The notes under the pieces were generated by a model. That model was given only the letters and a program-made list of their open reading frames with translations. It did no database searches and had not been told where the DNA came from. The position numbers and the translations under genes are program-made. Positions 1-14,235 of a stretch of DNA of 64,000 nucleotides are shown here, piece after piece (the stretch's first letter is position 1; each line of letters begins with the position of its first letter). The stretch spans positions 9,672,001 through 9,736,000 of the forward strand of contig CP075494.1 in the NCBI GenBank assembly GCA_021613535.1, given 5' to 3'. The stretch comes from Adineta vaga (Eukaryota > Animalia > Rotifera).

Positions 1-446
1 ATTAATTTAAAGTTATCCTTGATAAATTCAATACAATAAATGCATTCTTTCAAAATAGAAGACCTTCTTTTCGAGGAATTTTGTTAGCTAAAATTTGACG
101 GTAATAGTTATGGGTCAAATTATTTCATATCCGGATGCATGTCATCAGTTTTTGACCTTTTCATATGTTTGAACGAACGAACAAAAGTATGATACAAAAT
201 AGATTTCTTTTTATTATAATGTTGTAAATAGGAATGACGATGAACATGAAAAGAAAAGAGAAAGAGAAAAAAAAGACTTGTTTCAAAGGGTAAGAATGCA
301 GCAAGTGAAACAAGAGAAAAGTCAAGCAATAGAGCATAGGTTAGGTTTGGAATGTTTGATCTGTGTGAAATTAATATCTACATGACGTTGATTGAGAAAA
401 AAGAAAGAACGAAACAAAAAAATGAAGAAGATATTTTGTTTAATTT

Positions 447-1807
447 TCACAATGTAGTCGGTTGCGCTGCATACATTGTTGGATGATGATAATAATCAGA
501 TGAGGACGAAGGAACAAACGCTGTTTGTGGTAATTGCGATGCATAATAAGCATTTAATGCTGCTGGATTATCACCAAAACCTTGATGCATTATCAGTGTA
601 TTTATCGCAAACGGTGAATAACCAGGAAATGTATGTGGATCAAACGGCATCTGATTAAATTCACACTGTTCCTGTTTAAGTTGTTTAATACCAACAGTTG
701 TTCCTGTTGATAAAACTTGTAAATCACGAGTATCTAGTGATTCTAAGGATTGCTGTTGTTGTTGTTGTTGTTGTTGCATATACATAGGTCTTTGTTGTTG
801 TGGCATAAGTAAGGATTGTTCATCACATGATTTTTCAGATGCTGAAGAAAGTGGACTTCGTTGTCCACTACCTGTGGATGTTGTTGATTTATCTAAACTA
901 TTATTTATTCCATTACGTCGACTATTATTATTTGAATCACGATCGTGTTGTAAACGTTTTGTACCTATTCAAAAATAAAGATTTTTCATATGTTGCAATA
1001 GCTATGTTTTATTATTTACGAAAAGAATTACATTTAAAACGCTTTTGTCGTCGAAGATAACAGCCATTTTCAAACATATTTGTTGCTTCTTGATGTAACG
1101 CCCAATATGAACCTTTACCGGGTCTATATAGAAAACGACATGTGTTCAGTTAGACAGAATACATTGTACATAACATACCGATCAGGACTTCGTGGTACTT
1201 TAACAAAACAATCATTAAAACTTAATGAATGACGAATAGAATTTTGCCATCGTTGTTGATTTTGACGATAGTATGGAAATGAATCCATAATAAATTGATA
1301 AATTTCAGACAAAGTGCACATACGACTTGCTGATAATTGTATTGCCATTGTAATTAAAGATATATAACTGTAACGAAAGAAAAGAATTAGTTAAGATATG
1401 TCTGGAAAAAATGTTTTTATTCAATAATACCTATATGGTGGTTTTGCACACGCATTAAAATTTCGTCTGTAATTTGCTCCAGCTGATAATGCTGTTGAGT
1501 TATTTGTTATTGATTGTTGTTGTCCATTGGCTATAGCGGATGATAAACTGTTACTAGTTTTGTCGGTAATTTGTTCATTTTGATAACGTGCTTGCATAAT
1601 ATTTGATGCATTTGATGGCTGTTGATTTCCATAAACCATTGATAAAGATGTTGGTGATAATGATTGAACATTATTGTTGACTAGTTGCTGTTGATGATGA
1701 TGGGATGGCGGTAAAAGTGAATATTGACCAATATTATTTCCATAGGTTGATTGTTGGTAACAACAATTTGTCTGATAATTACCTGGTGTTTTGGGTGATG
1801 ATGACAT
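447..1807 (-). CDS. FoxA: Forkhead box A transcription factor (3 coding exons: 1807-1431, 1367-1179, 1123-447)
   Basis: The spliced forkhead domain reads [16 protein letters not shown]...[36 protein letters not shown]...[16 protein letters not shown], a FoxA-type signature. There is a C-terminal EH1-like PFAINTLI and poly-Q. Introns are GT-AG. A further upstream exon is possible. Confidence 0.93.
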
Positions 1808-4392
1808 GGAAACTGTAAATATATCAAAAAAAGATCTTTTTGTCAATAAAGTTATTTATATTAGTTTTGTTAATATGTACTTATAATCTTTTTCTCGCTC
1901 CCTCTTTCTCTTTCCCTTTCGGATTTTTTTCTTCTCTTACTTTGTTTTAATTTTCTTTAAAAAAGATCGTTTTATGTGTACGGTACGTGTATGTGTATGT
2001 ACACGCGCGTGGATATGTTTGTGCGTTACAAATAAATGGAAACAATATTTGCTTCGTACGTTGACGTGTGTTACTGGCTGCTTGCTAGAATAATATTGGT
2101 TCCTATGTAAAGATTTTACATCTATCAAACGGAAGAAAAGAGAAGAAGAAAAAAACTCTAACGCGATGTTTGATAGAGAAAAGAGAGGGAGAGAGAGAGA
2201 GAGAGGGGAAGAGAGAATGCACTGTTTTTTTATGACCTTCATCCAATAGTAATGTTGTTTTCTGTTAACCAATCGTATGCTTTAACATTCATAAACGAAT
2301 GAAAAAAAATCCTTTGGGAAAAAAATGTTGATGAGTAGGTGTATGTGTAATTGTATTGATTGAAATCGATGTGATCATAGTTGAAGTAGGAGAAAATGAA
2401 TTTATTATATACTTGATAAAAATCAAATGTAGAGAAGTGTCAATAAATTTCTTCTTCAGTTTTTCAAGTAACTGTGATAATAGTATTTGTTTATTTTTAT
2501 ATTCTTTCCTAAGCTTGCCAATTCTTCTCTTTTGCTTGGTAGACAAAAATTAAATCTTCAATGATATAATTGTTTTTTCTGTCGGATGACCCTGACATAA
2601 ATAAATCCTTTTGATAAACATTAAATTCGATGTTTGTCATATCGAACATGAATGTATACATATATGTGTATATTGTATGAGGGTCGATGGTCATCTTCAG
2701 TATATGCCTGAGCAAATTAAACAAATATAACCAAGTAGTAGTAGTCGTCGTTGTCTCTAATCCCGCCTTGACGTGTGTTTGATTGGACAAAGATGTATTG
2801 TTGCATTTCCGTTCAGGAAGAAGCTTTGAATACCTTGAATAATCACGTTCAAATATATTCGATTGGATTATGAAAATAAGCGAAACTATGAAGATTAATT
2901 TTTGGTCTATATTGTAGCATAATCGTCTAATAATATTAGATATGGATATATTTTCATTTGAACTTAAACTATTTTGTCTCTCTCTCTATGAATTCGTTTT
3001 AATTCTCAGCAGAAAAGTAAAAAAGAACGAGAGAGAATTCTCTCTATGTTCAATATTCTTAAGTAATCATGTATATCAACAAAGAAGTAAGAATACAATC
3101 GATCATTGTTTAATAGGTAGCATACGAAAAAACGAAGGAGAAAAAAAACCTCAGTACGGTTGCCAAAGGTAAATATCTCTCATAAAGGAACAAAAGTAAT
3201 TTGAGAATCGAGACATTGAAAAGCAAAAAAAATCTTTCTTTTTCTTCTTCTTCCTTTTTTTCGTGTCTCCATTAAATGAAGTTGAACGAATGACTTCATT
3301 AGAAGACTTACTAAGATTTCTATTCTACATAACAAAAGTTTGAATAAAAACCTCAATGTGTCAATATTGATTTCTCTTTTCGTTGAACATCAAAAAAAGA
3401 AAGCTTTTAAAAAAACGAACGGCAAAATCTTGAGAAAATCAATAATATTCAAGTCGCAAGAATAATAATTTATTTGATCAAAGAAGTATATAATCAAGCA
3501 AGGCAAGAAGTGTTGATGATGATGATGAGTCTCGTCTAAGTGAAAACAAACATTCTTTGGTAAAGTGATTTGATGCTTTCTTTTTGCGTTATACATCTCA
3601 ATCACTTTTGATCATCTACCGACAACAAACAGACAGTTTTTTTTCGAGAAAAACTGTCAAATGACAATTCGACATTCGATGACAAGAATGTTTCAACAGA
3701 TGGAATTCTTTCCCTTCAATTTTTTAGCAATGTAAATATCGAACGAGGAAAAAGAAAAAGTTTATTCATTAATAAACTATGGTCACACCTTATCATCATA
3801 CATCAATTTTAGATCGTGATCAACGTTGAGCTAGACGTTTGTTCAGAGCAAACAAGACATTCATTGTCTATACCTTTTTCAAGATAAAGCAAGTTCCGTT
3901 AGCGCATTCGATTGATCGAGAAAATGTGATTAAAATTTACATTCGATTTCCGTTTCTTTACTCTCTCTCTCTCTCTCTTCTTTCTATTGCGGACATCATA
4001 GATGAATACAAAAAGACAGATTCATTTAGCTGCATACTTATAGATGTATTTATGTAACACAGGTAATCGGATCGTAAACCTTCACATGTTCGAGAATAGA
4101 AGTAATCGATACCTGAACGAAGGTTTTTGTATGAGACTTGTCGTCGGTCAATATTTGTTTTTCCTGTTCTCTACTTTTACTTTGACATATATCAATATAT
4201 TGCAAAGAATGCAAGAGAAAAAGAGAAATAAGATAATTCATTTTAATCAGTTGGTGGTTATATGCAAAACCATCTGTTCATTAATCAAATGTGAGATTGA
4301 CATAGAAAACGAGTTAATTAAAATAAGATTATTTGTTCTCAAACATTGTTAAAACATGAATTTTTTTTCCTTGTTAATTGAAATTTGTTCTT

Positions 4393-5839
4393 CTACATTG
4401 ACGACAAAAAATTATTGAGTTTAGGAAAGAGCTCAGTACGAAGACTATTGACGATTTGAACAAATATATCTATTTGTTCGAATGATAAAGATGTCATTGA
4501 TGATGATGATGATGATGATTTAATTAAAGTATTTGACGAAGGGACCGATGGTATAAGATGATCTGAATAGAAAAGAAACGAATAAATTTTCAATTCAATT
4601 CATTTTGATAAATCACTTAATGGATATGTTCTATGAATTTGTATTGATTTTTTTGATGAATAAACGACAGTTGATGATGATAAAGATTTAACTAGAACAA
4701 AAAATTTACAATTTAATTCTTGAAAAACATATCAATAATCTTTACTATGATTAGCTAATTTCAATGGCATAATTGATGAACTCATTGTTGATATTGTTTT
4801 TAGAAATGCAATTCTTTCATAAGCACTTAACCAGACACTATCTGTTGATATTACATCGTATAAACATCGTAAAAATCGGTATCGTACATCATAATCTATT
4901 CCGAAATGACTATTAACATATTTGAATAAAACTTGCTCTTGTGTTAATGAATCTCTGAAATCAATAAAAAATCTTGAACACATATAACGTTGTAAATCTT
5001 TCATTTGATTTGGATTTGTTGGATGAAAACCTCGTGCAATTAGATCACAATATTTTAATAAACCTCCGCCACGTATTTCTTCGGGAGCTTTAACTGAAAT
5101 TAGACGATGATGTAAATGTTGTAAGGCTTCGGAAAAATTGCCATAACTGGAAAGAACAAGTATAGATGGATAGGAATCGATTTTTTTTGTTAAATAAAAA
5201 TAATTCAATAAAGGTTCAAGTAAGATTTGAAATGAATCAACAGAAAATTGATATTGTCTTTTCATATGTTCGACAAATTTCTATAAGGAAAAGAATTTTT
5301 AATTGATTTTCAATTCGTTTTCCTCGATTTACTAATTCTAAATTTCGTCCATCAACATTTCGTAAGGAAATTAAACTCCATCGATCATGTTCATTTAAAA
5401 TACGTATCATTTTATCTGTATAAAGTTCAGTTGATAAACATTGATTAACTTTTGTTGCTAATGGTAATGAAGTAAAAACAGCTTGCTTTATTCGAGACCA
5501 ATTCGATTCGGATCTGACATCATTTACAAAGATTAAAAAATCTAAATCACGAAATGCTAAATCACCTGTTGGATCAAGAACAAATGAAGCAGCACCGCCA
5601 CTTAATCGAATATCATGAATAATTAAACCTTGTTGTTTAATTTCATTTTTTAATCGTATTAGAAATAAAGATGGAATAACTGTTAATGTTGGTAATGAAC
5701 TTTGACTACTTATTAAAATTGGTGAATTTAGTAAGGCAAAAAGACGTTTTGTTTGAGAGAGATTTAGTAATGAACTATTAAAGTTCATGTTCAAGAAAGA
5801 ATTTGATGAGATGTGAGCCATTGATGGATAAATTTGCAT
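4393..5839 (-). CDS. TENT5: Terminal nucleotidyltransferase 5 / FAM46 non-canonical poly(A) polymerase (4 exons)
   Basis: Motifs LSGGAAS, FRDLDF, DRWSLISL, GRNLELKFV, RQYQFSVDSFQI, EIRGGGLLKYC and RYMCSRFFIDF. The catalytic acidic residues are retained. Confidence 0.93.
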
Positions 5840-6107
5840 TTCTGTTTATTAGTTCACAAAGATTCCGAAAGAGATTGTTGTTTTTCTTTTCAAGTTTGAC
5901 CAAAGCAGGCGCCAATATATATATATATATATGTAATGATTAACTCTTTTTCTTTATCGTATCAATCAATGTGAAATTGATGTTTATTGTTAGGCATATA
6001 GATTATTTTACGATTAAAACTCACTGTTTTTCTTAAAACGAAAATACAAAACCGGGTAATTACATAGAATTTATACTGAAAAACAAAAAAAAAAAGATTG
6101 TCTCTTA

Positions 6108-6386
6108 TTAATTGAAATTGACCACATCGGAATCATCGTTCCATTGAACTAATTCTTGATGTAATACATTTGTTACGCCGAATTGATCAATTTGTTGACA
6201 AACAGAACGAAGACGTTCTACTTCTTGATGTAATTGTGCAATTGCTTTTTCTCGATCATCAACAAGTTCTTCTAAATATTCATAACGAAGTTTCTTTCGA
6301 TGACGACATTGTCGTGCACTTTCACGACTTTTTTCTAATCGTGTATTTGAGTCACTTTTCATCGGTTTACGACCACGTTTGCCCAT
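6108..6386 (-). CDS. CREBL2: Small bZIP protein, CREBL2/REPTOR-BP-like
   Basis: KRGRKP...LEKSRESARQCRHRKKLRYEYLEELVDDREKAI is a basic region plus zipper typical of CREBL2. Confidence 0.85.
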   Translation of the reverse strand: MGKRGRKPMKSDSNTRLEKSRESARQCRHRKKLRYEYLEELVDDREKAIAQLHQEVERLRSVCQQIDQFGVTNVLHQELVQWNDDSDVVNFN

Positions 6387-6526
6387 TTTTAATCTAAAAC
6401 AACCAAATAAATATTAAGATTTGTAAATATTCTTATCATGAGATACTGATTTAATTCCACGTATATGTATGTATATATTAACAACAACAAAAAAAAAAAC
6501 GAAAAGAAAATGAAACTAAAATAAGT

Positions 6527-8460
6527 TTATGTTCGAACTTGAAAACGACCATTTTTTACTGTAGTTATATATTTCACACCTTTAAATGGTTTATATTTCT
6601 CTCCGTGCATATCAACACGTTGAACACGTAAACCTGATAGTGCAATTTGATTAATTGTAAAACGAACGCTTAATGTCGGATTGCCTTCAGGAATGGGTTG
6701 ACCACTTATTAGAACAATATTGCCACGTATAGTGGGTAAATGTCCTGCATTTTGAGCGTTACTTTCAATTTTACCAATATCCCAGATAAGAAGTTTTTTG
6801 ACTGGATCAAACGTACATTTGCCTTGAGATGGTGTTAATGTACAGTTGAGAACACTTTTTGGCATTGCACATTCGATGAATACTGCTTCCAACTGCGAAA
6901 GATCAAGGATAAGAGGTAAATGTTTCGTAGGAATTAGAAAGGAAAATACGAACAGATTTGCCCATAGTTTGTTTTGGTCCAACTGTTAATTCAAATCGTC
7001 CGGAACCACCTTCACGATATTGTATATTAGATTTGACATAGATTGGAATGGATATAGAACTTGAATTTAAAAAAAAAACGTTTTAGATTTAATATATCTG
7101 TCGCGATATTACGCAAATAACTTACTTTTGTGAACCAATATGGTACGAAATCAACCGAAAATTACCATCCGGCGGAACGAATGATAAAACATGTTCACTC
7201 TAAATAAAATAGTATCGAAAAAATCTTCATATGAACAAAAAAGAAACAAGTAACATACCTCCCATTTTTTCAATCGTACACATGGATGAAAACTAACATC
7301 ATCAAGTAATCTTGGATTTACAAAGAGTAATGTTAATTCTGGCATACCACTTAATTTTACACAACAATCAATCTAAATTGAAATAAATAAGAAGAATTTT
7401 TAGCATAATTCCATTGATTCTTATGTCAACTAGAATCAATAATAGCATTGACTATGTCAGTACCTACTTTTCAAGAAAACTGTTCTGCACCTTTAGATAA
7501 AATTAGGATATTTCGATTGAAAAAGACATTAGTAAGAATACATATCTTATACTTACATATCCCTGAATTTCACCCATAACTGTTACTCCATTTCGATCAA
7601 TAATTGCATCGATTTCTTCAATCATATCAAAATAAGCTTCATTACTGGCATATTTAATACCTAAACGACGCCATGGAATATTTGATAATTGATTTGATGA
7701 TAAAGCATCACTAACACTAAAGAAATTCATATTATTCTCTTTCTTCATCTTGAATTTAAATATTTCAATTACTTTGTACTATCTCCAGTAACTAAATGCG
7801 CTACTTTACGTAAAAGATTGGGTGGTTTAATCAGTTCTTTGAGAACACCTGTTTCTGTTGCTAGTGGTAAACCAGAATCAAGCATTTCATCTAATAACTA
7901 AATCAAATAATTTAATTTCAATCAGAAACCCAAAAAAAGAAATAATTCGTTCCATTACTTCATAAACAATGACATAATTATCTTTCAATGTTGTTTCAGT
8001 ACATGTGACAAAATATTCTTCGAATACATCCATTATACGATGAAGAAATTCAATAACGAACAATGGTGCACCTATAATTAAGATGAAACTTTTCGAATGA
8101 ACTATCCGTCTTGATAAGATATATACCTTCGGTAGTAAGAACTGCTACGAAATAGAGATTATTTCGACATATATTTATCAAATAATGATGAGGTGTCGCA
8201 ATAACAGGTGGAACATCTTCAGGATTAGAACACTAAAATTAAGATAGGAATTAGAACAAGAATAATAAACGGAATCGTTTTCTAACTTTTTTTTGAGCTT
8301 CAAAAAAATAATCACAGATTGATTTACTCACAACAGTCTTCCAATGTTTCTCCATGAAAATTTCTCTAAAATAAATAGATGATTAATTATGATCATTATA
8401 GTTTTTTTCTTAACTTAATATTTACCCTGATCCATTGATCATAAACAAACTATGGATCAT
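6527..8460 (-). CDS. AP3M1: AP-3 complex subunit mu (multi-exon)
   Basis: N-terminus MIHSLFMINGSG/EIFMEKHWK; IPWRR..KYASNEAYFDMIEEIDAIID; SFHPCVRLKKWE; C-terminus EKYKPFKGVKYIT..GRFQVRT. Confidence 0.95.
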
Positions 8461-8754
8461 TTGTTTTTCTGAAATCTGCAAATGAAACAAGAAAATACTT
8501 TTTCCATCCCATAATCATCTTCTTAATATCTATATTATTCTTATTAATCTTCTAATCAATTGAAGTAAAGAACGAATAAACATGTACAAAATATTAATAC
8601 ACAAATACAAAAAGAAAATATATGTATATGAGAATATATCCAAACAACGTGCGTATATCTTACAGCAAATAAAGAACGAAACAAAAAAAATATCTGACGT
8701 ATCTTTTTTTTTTCATTCGATACGAATGAAGAGAAAACAAATCGAAATTCGATT

Positions 8755-10152
8755 TTAATCAAATGCCATAGCTGATCGTGAATCAATATTATTGACAATT
8801 GTATCCATGGAATCAGCAATATCTAAATCTATAACTGCTTCAAATTTTGGTTCCAAATTACCCATTGCTTCTTCGAAATCATATAAATCTGGAAGAAAAT
8901 TTTCATCATTTTCGTCTATACTTATTGATCGTGAAGAAGGTGTTGAATAGCCATCACTACGTTGCGATGATGAAAACGAATCATCATTTGTACTTTGACT
9001 ATCTTTATTTCTAAAGAAAAAGTAATGCATGATTAACAGATAAATAGACTAATTAAAGGCAAGGTTATGATCATCAGACATGTCTACTTTGTTTTCTTCT
9101 CCTTCTCATTAAAATGAAAGACGCAATAGGAAACGACGTATACGTCATGAATTCTTTCTTGGAAAATTCTGATGGACATACTTTTCGCCAGTGAATTCAT
9201 GAAGTTTTCGACGCCATGCTTTAATTGCACCATCGAAACCACGTCGAGACATTTTCGCATATTTACATGGTGTACGTGGATGTTGTCGTGTACGAGATTT
9301 TCTGTGAAAATAAAAAAATTAGTTATGCCCAAAAAGAAACGACGATCAATTACCGTGGAACAGTTGATATATAAGTTTCATATGCATTGGATAATTTTCC
9401 TTTACTAATTTCTTTCTGTCGCCGAAGAAGTTCTATTTGACAAAAACAACAAAGAATATTTTTCTTTCAGTTAACGAATCAAACCTTTCGGACTACATTC
9501 AATAGAAGCAAGAAGTTGTTCGGTTGTTTTATTTTCATGAACTCGAAACTGTTTAAGATATAATACAAAACTAAAACAAAGAACGATAACCTTCATCGAA
9601 ATGAATAAATTAGTTCATTCATTACCTATGAAGTTTCTTCTCTTCTGCTTCTTCATTGTCCATTTTATCACACCAATCTTTTGATAATGATTTCTTTAAT
9701 TCTTCTTGTTCTTCTTCGAAACTAAAGGAAATAAAAGCGATAAATTTTATCAAACATCAAGTAATTCTTCTCTTACCTTGGTTTTGGTGTTCGAGGCGTA
9801 TTTTCATGTTTTACATTAAGTTTATTCGTTGATTTGCTTGGGGTGTGTTCTGTATGAAATTGATCATTGGCATTTTCATCAAAATCTTCATCCATTTTGT
9901 TCCTCGGATATGAACTAAATAGTAAAATATTTATATACTGATTTGCACAAAACACAAGTGTTTACTTTTCATTAAGACGATTTCGTTTTAATCGATAACG
10001 ATTTGGACTTGGCGTCGTATTATCACTGGAATGATAGCCACGATTAGTTCTAGGTGTATGACGAAGTCGACTAATAAAGTCAAAGAAAAAATTCATTGAT
10101 TAATTATAAATAAAAGAAATAAATAATACTTTGGAGTGTTGTGTAATGACAT
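8755..10152 (-). CDS. SLBP: Histone stem-loop binding protein-like (multi-exon)
   Basis: The spliced exons at about 9437-9183 give LLRRQKEISKGKLSNAYETYISTVPRKSRTRQHPRTPCKYAKMSRRGFDGAIKAWRRKLHEF, matching the SLBP RNA-binding domain pattern. The C-terminus is acidic and the N-terminus is TP/SP-rich. Confidence 0.82.
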
Positions 10153-11574
10153 AGTTTGAAAGAGAAAGAATTTTTTGAACAAATGATATGATATTATGAG
10201 GAAATGAACAATATCCGTCCGTTAGATGATTTTCTGCAAAGAGAAAAGACAAAGAAATTCTTATTTTCAATTATGATTGTTAAAATCAACCAACCAATCA
10301 GATAAATTAGCTAAGTATAAAGACGTCGCTACAATGAATCGAAGAAATAAGATTGATTGTCACGCCAATGAATTGACCTTCTGTTTTTGTCTTATCGACG
10401 ATCAATGTTTATTTTCTAAGGAAAGAAAAAAAAATCGAACTTATTATATTTATTGGTATTGTGGTTTTGCGTAATTGTCTATGAGATTGATACAGGTTTA
10501 AAGTAAGCATCTTATTTTTTTTCGAAAGAAAAGAAAAGAACTAATGTATATAAACGGGTTTTTTTCCTTTTCTAATCTATGGTTTATATTTTTGTCATTG
10601 GAAAATATATGTATAGATAATAATCGTTGACAACTATCACAGCCGTTTTCTTTCTCTTTTACTTTTGTTATTCAACCATCTGTCACATCGATCTTGTCAG
10701 CAACAATAATGTATTAATATATGTTATTTTTGTTAGACAAAAACATGTTTATCGAATCAGTCAGTGAATGAGTGAGTGAGCGGGTCTCACGAGAGATTAT
10801 GTATTTCTCACCCTCACATATTTGTATCTTTATACGTTGTAAATGAGAACGATGTTGTTCAAATAAATATTCGGATGTCTCGTCGTTTTCTTCATCTATT
10901 TGTTTTCGTATTTCGTTTTTTTCGGTATTGTCACCTTTATTGTATGATCATTGTCTCGTTGTTTTTAATGATCACAACGTTGAAGATGACAATATCTTTG
11001 ATCACACGATTTTACTTCTCATTCGTTATTTCGACATCATATCCATAAATCCTGTACATGATGTAATTCAATCTAATTCTTATATCTGATAGTGTCAAAC
11101 ATGTTCATTCATTTGTGTTGAGTTAAGAATATCCTTCTATGAAAACATATTAGAGTAGTTGTTGACAGATATATAAACTCGTTTGATTGGAAAGGAAATG
11201 CTTTTCAAGATTTTTCTTTCTATGAACAGATTTGGTCCATTGTGTATCAACGACATAGTTATACATCGTCCTGAGACCGAATGCATAGAAAGAAAGAAAG
11301 AAAAAAAAAGAGAGGAAAAAAAATGAACGACAACGAATGATACATATACAATTGCGCTATCACTATCGTTTCTTTTACTTTATATGTTTCAGTGAGTTAC
11401 CTGTCGCGTCAAGTATCGTTTTCTTTCTCGCTGAATGTCATTACCCATCTAATTATTTGTTTTCTCTTTTAACAAAAACTATTTTCTTGTTTGGATGTAG
11501 AATTGATAGTAACATTCTCTTTTCCAGAAGAAATAGACACTAATACGTATATGTATATATTTCATCTAGATCGA

Positions 11575-13310
11575 ATGCCGTCGACATTATTACAGCAATA
11601 TGCAACAAAATAATACTAGCATTAGTAAGTTTGTGTTTATTCTTGTTAACGTTTGTATGATAATCTTTTTAGATGGTAATAATGAAATTGTTATTGCAAA
11701 ATTTAATTATACAGCACAAGAAAATCATGAATTATCAATAATTAAAAATGAACGTCTTGTATTAATTGATGATTCATGTCTTTGGTGGAAAGTCAAACGT
11801 GTCGATTCCGATGATGCAGGGTAAATATATATCTTCTCTTAATCCACATGAAAATCATCATTCATTGTCCATATCTCTCGAGGTTATACGTTTCATCATT
11901 CTTTCTTTTCTTTTTTAATTTGAGAATAAACCCTTGACATGATACATCTAAGAAATCAAATGAACTCCTAGCCTTGATCATATTTGTAATGTTATGCAAA
12001 TTTTCGAGTAGTCAAGCAGAAAATGAATATGATATTGAATGACTTCTCTCTTAGATACATTCCATCAAATTTTGCACGACGAGAAAAACGTTCATTACTC
12101 GATAAAATTATATCAAAACGTATCAATAAAAAACAAATTCTATCGATCGGATACAATCATGAACGAGTACTATCATCAGCACTGGTTAAATTTCGATATG
12201 ATGCGGAAAGGTAAAATGAAAAAGACTAAAAGATTTTATCAGCAAGTTTCTTCGGTAATTTTTAGTGAAGATGAAATTAGTTTAAATAAAGGTATTTGGA
12301 TAAATGTATTACAAAAGAAAAATGATGGTTGGTGGCTTGTACAATATGAAAAACAACGTGGATGGTTTCCATCAAATTATCTCATTGAAGTAAACAAATA
12401 AATTTAACATAAATATTCAACTTTTTTGTTTATTATTTAGAAAACAACTGATGGTTTAAATTCTCTTTCTTTATTAAATCAATTAAAACATCATCATTCT
12501 TCCTCATCATCTAATGGTCTCTCCTCATCTAGTAGTGCTAATTCCAATATCGTCGAACCTGATCATCCAAATCCTAGTAACAATAACAACAATAATAATA
12601 ATAATAATAATAATCTCCAACAAAATCGTCATAATTCTCATCCTCCTCATATAACAAATACGACCGATGAATATGCTTTCGTTATCAAACCATCAAAATT
12701 CGCTCATTCAGATGGCAAACTTGATTCATGTTTGACATGTAATAATCCACAACCAAAGAATAGTTCCTGGTCAGCTTTACTTCCATATGATAATACAAAT
12801 TCTGGTTATGCTTCTTCATCAATTATAAGTAATGAGCCAATGAATGTTATCGATGGTTTAACAACATTAACATTAAAATCATCCAAGAAATATTTGAATG
12901 ATTCACCATATGATAACGAAAGTTGGTATTATGGTTCGATAACACGAGATGAAGCTGAGAAGATTTTAAAAATCAATGAAGTAGAAAAAGGCGATTTTCT
13001 TATTCGAAACAGTGAACGAAAAGTAAATGAAATCTTTATATTTAATCGTATTTTTGATTTTATGTATTCGTTTTTGTTTTAGATTGGTCATTATTCTTTG
13101 AGTATCCGAGCTGAAGAAGATCTTGTTCGTCATTTTCGTATTGAATCAACTGAAGATGGTAGTCGATTTATTATTGGTAAACGTTCATTTAAAAGTTTAA
13201 ATGATCTTATTGAACATTATAAAACGCATCCCGTGTTCGATGCTGATCCAAATCAAAAATTATATCTAAATCAACCGTTGATTATTAACGATTCCAATCA
13301 ACATTTATAA
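11575..13310 (+). CDS. Nck/Dock-like SH3-SH3-SH2 adaptor
   Basis: SH3 ([28 protein letters not shown]), a second SH3 ([28 protein letters not shown]), a poly-N/S linker, then a C-terminal SH2 ([27 protein letters not shown]). Confidence 0.85.
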
Positions 13311-14235
13311 TTGATTTTCTTTCTGTTTACAAGTTGTATATAGATTTGTATACATTTCTACATATGTACGAAAAAATGCTCAAAACATAATTCAAAAAAC
13401 CTAATCTATCAGTTGATGTTTCTTTTTTTTTCTTCTTTTTCTTGTATCTGATAATAATAAAAATAACAATGTGCTCGTTGCTTGATCAAGAACAATTCAT
13501 CTACAACTATATGAGCAAATCTATGAGTTGTCTTTTCTTCAATCGATCTGAACTCATGAACATTGATTCATATGTTAAATTTAATCATACCTGTGTTTAT
13601 ATACTATCGTCTTTATAATTACATTAAACAGACATCAAGATTGTTTTCTTCTATATCTAAGTGCATCAGGATACTGACACACTTGAAAATCGACTCTTAG
13701 CCATAATGCCCATAATAAAAGCTTTGTTTCTATATATAGAACGTTTGGTTGCAATGAGATAATCCAATAACAATTTTGATTATTCATAATATTACATAAG
13801 ATATGATTCATATTTAGTTATGATTATATTTCTTTCTATACCAACGCAAAATATATGTAATAAATAACAACAGAAAGAGGAAAAAAACGAAGCAAGAAAG
13901 AAAAAGACAAAAAATATATGTATAAATAAACTAAAGATCGAATGGAATCAAAGAAAAACAAGAAAATCTCATCATCTGACTTGCCTTTTGACACAGACAC
14001 TAATGGATGGTGGATTGTTACATACATAGATATATGTAAAGAGAAAAAGAGAGAGAGAGAGAGAAAAAATAAACAGATTTTCTTTTAAAACGTGCAAAGC
14101 AGATATATTATCAGCACAATGAGACTTTGAGCGGACGGTAAAAAGAAAGAATACAAAAAAGATTTTTTTAAAGAGATTTTCTTGTGTAAAGAACGGACTA
14201 ATGTACAGACGAAACGCGCAAAGATTTCTTTCCTT

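Noticed and set aside
1937-4352. Several short ORFs between FoxA and TENT5
   Set aside because: Low-complexity F/L/K/I translations of microsatellite-rich, probably regulatory DNA, with no coherent exon chain.
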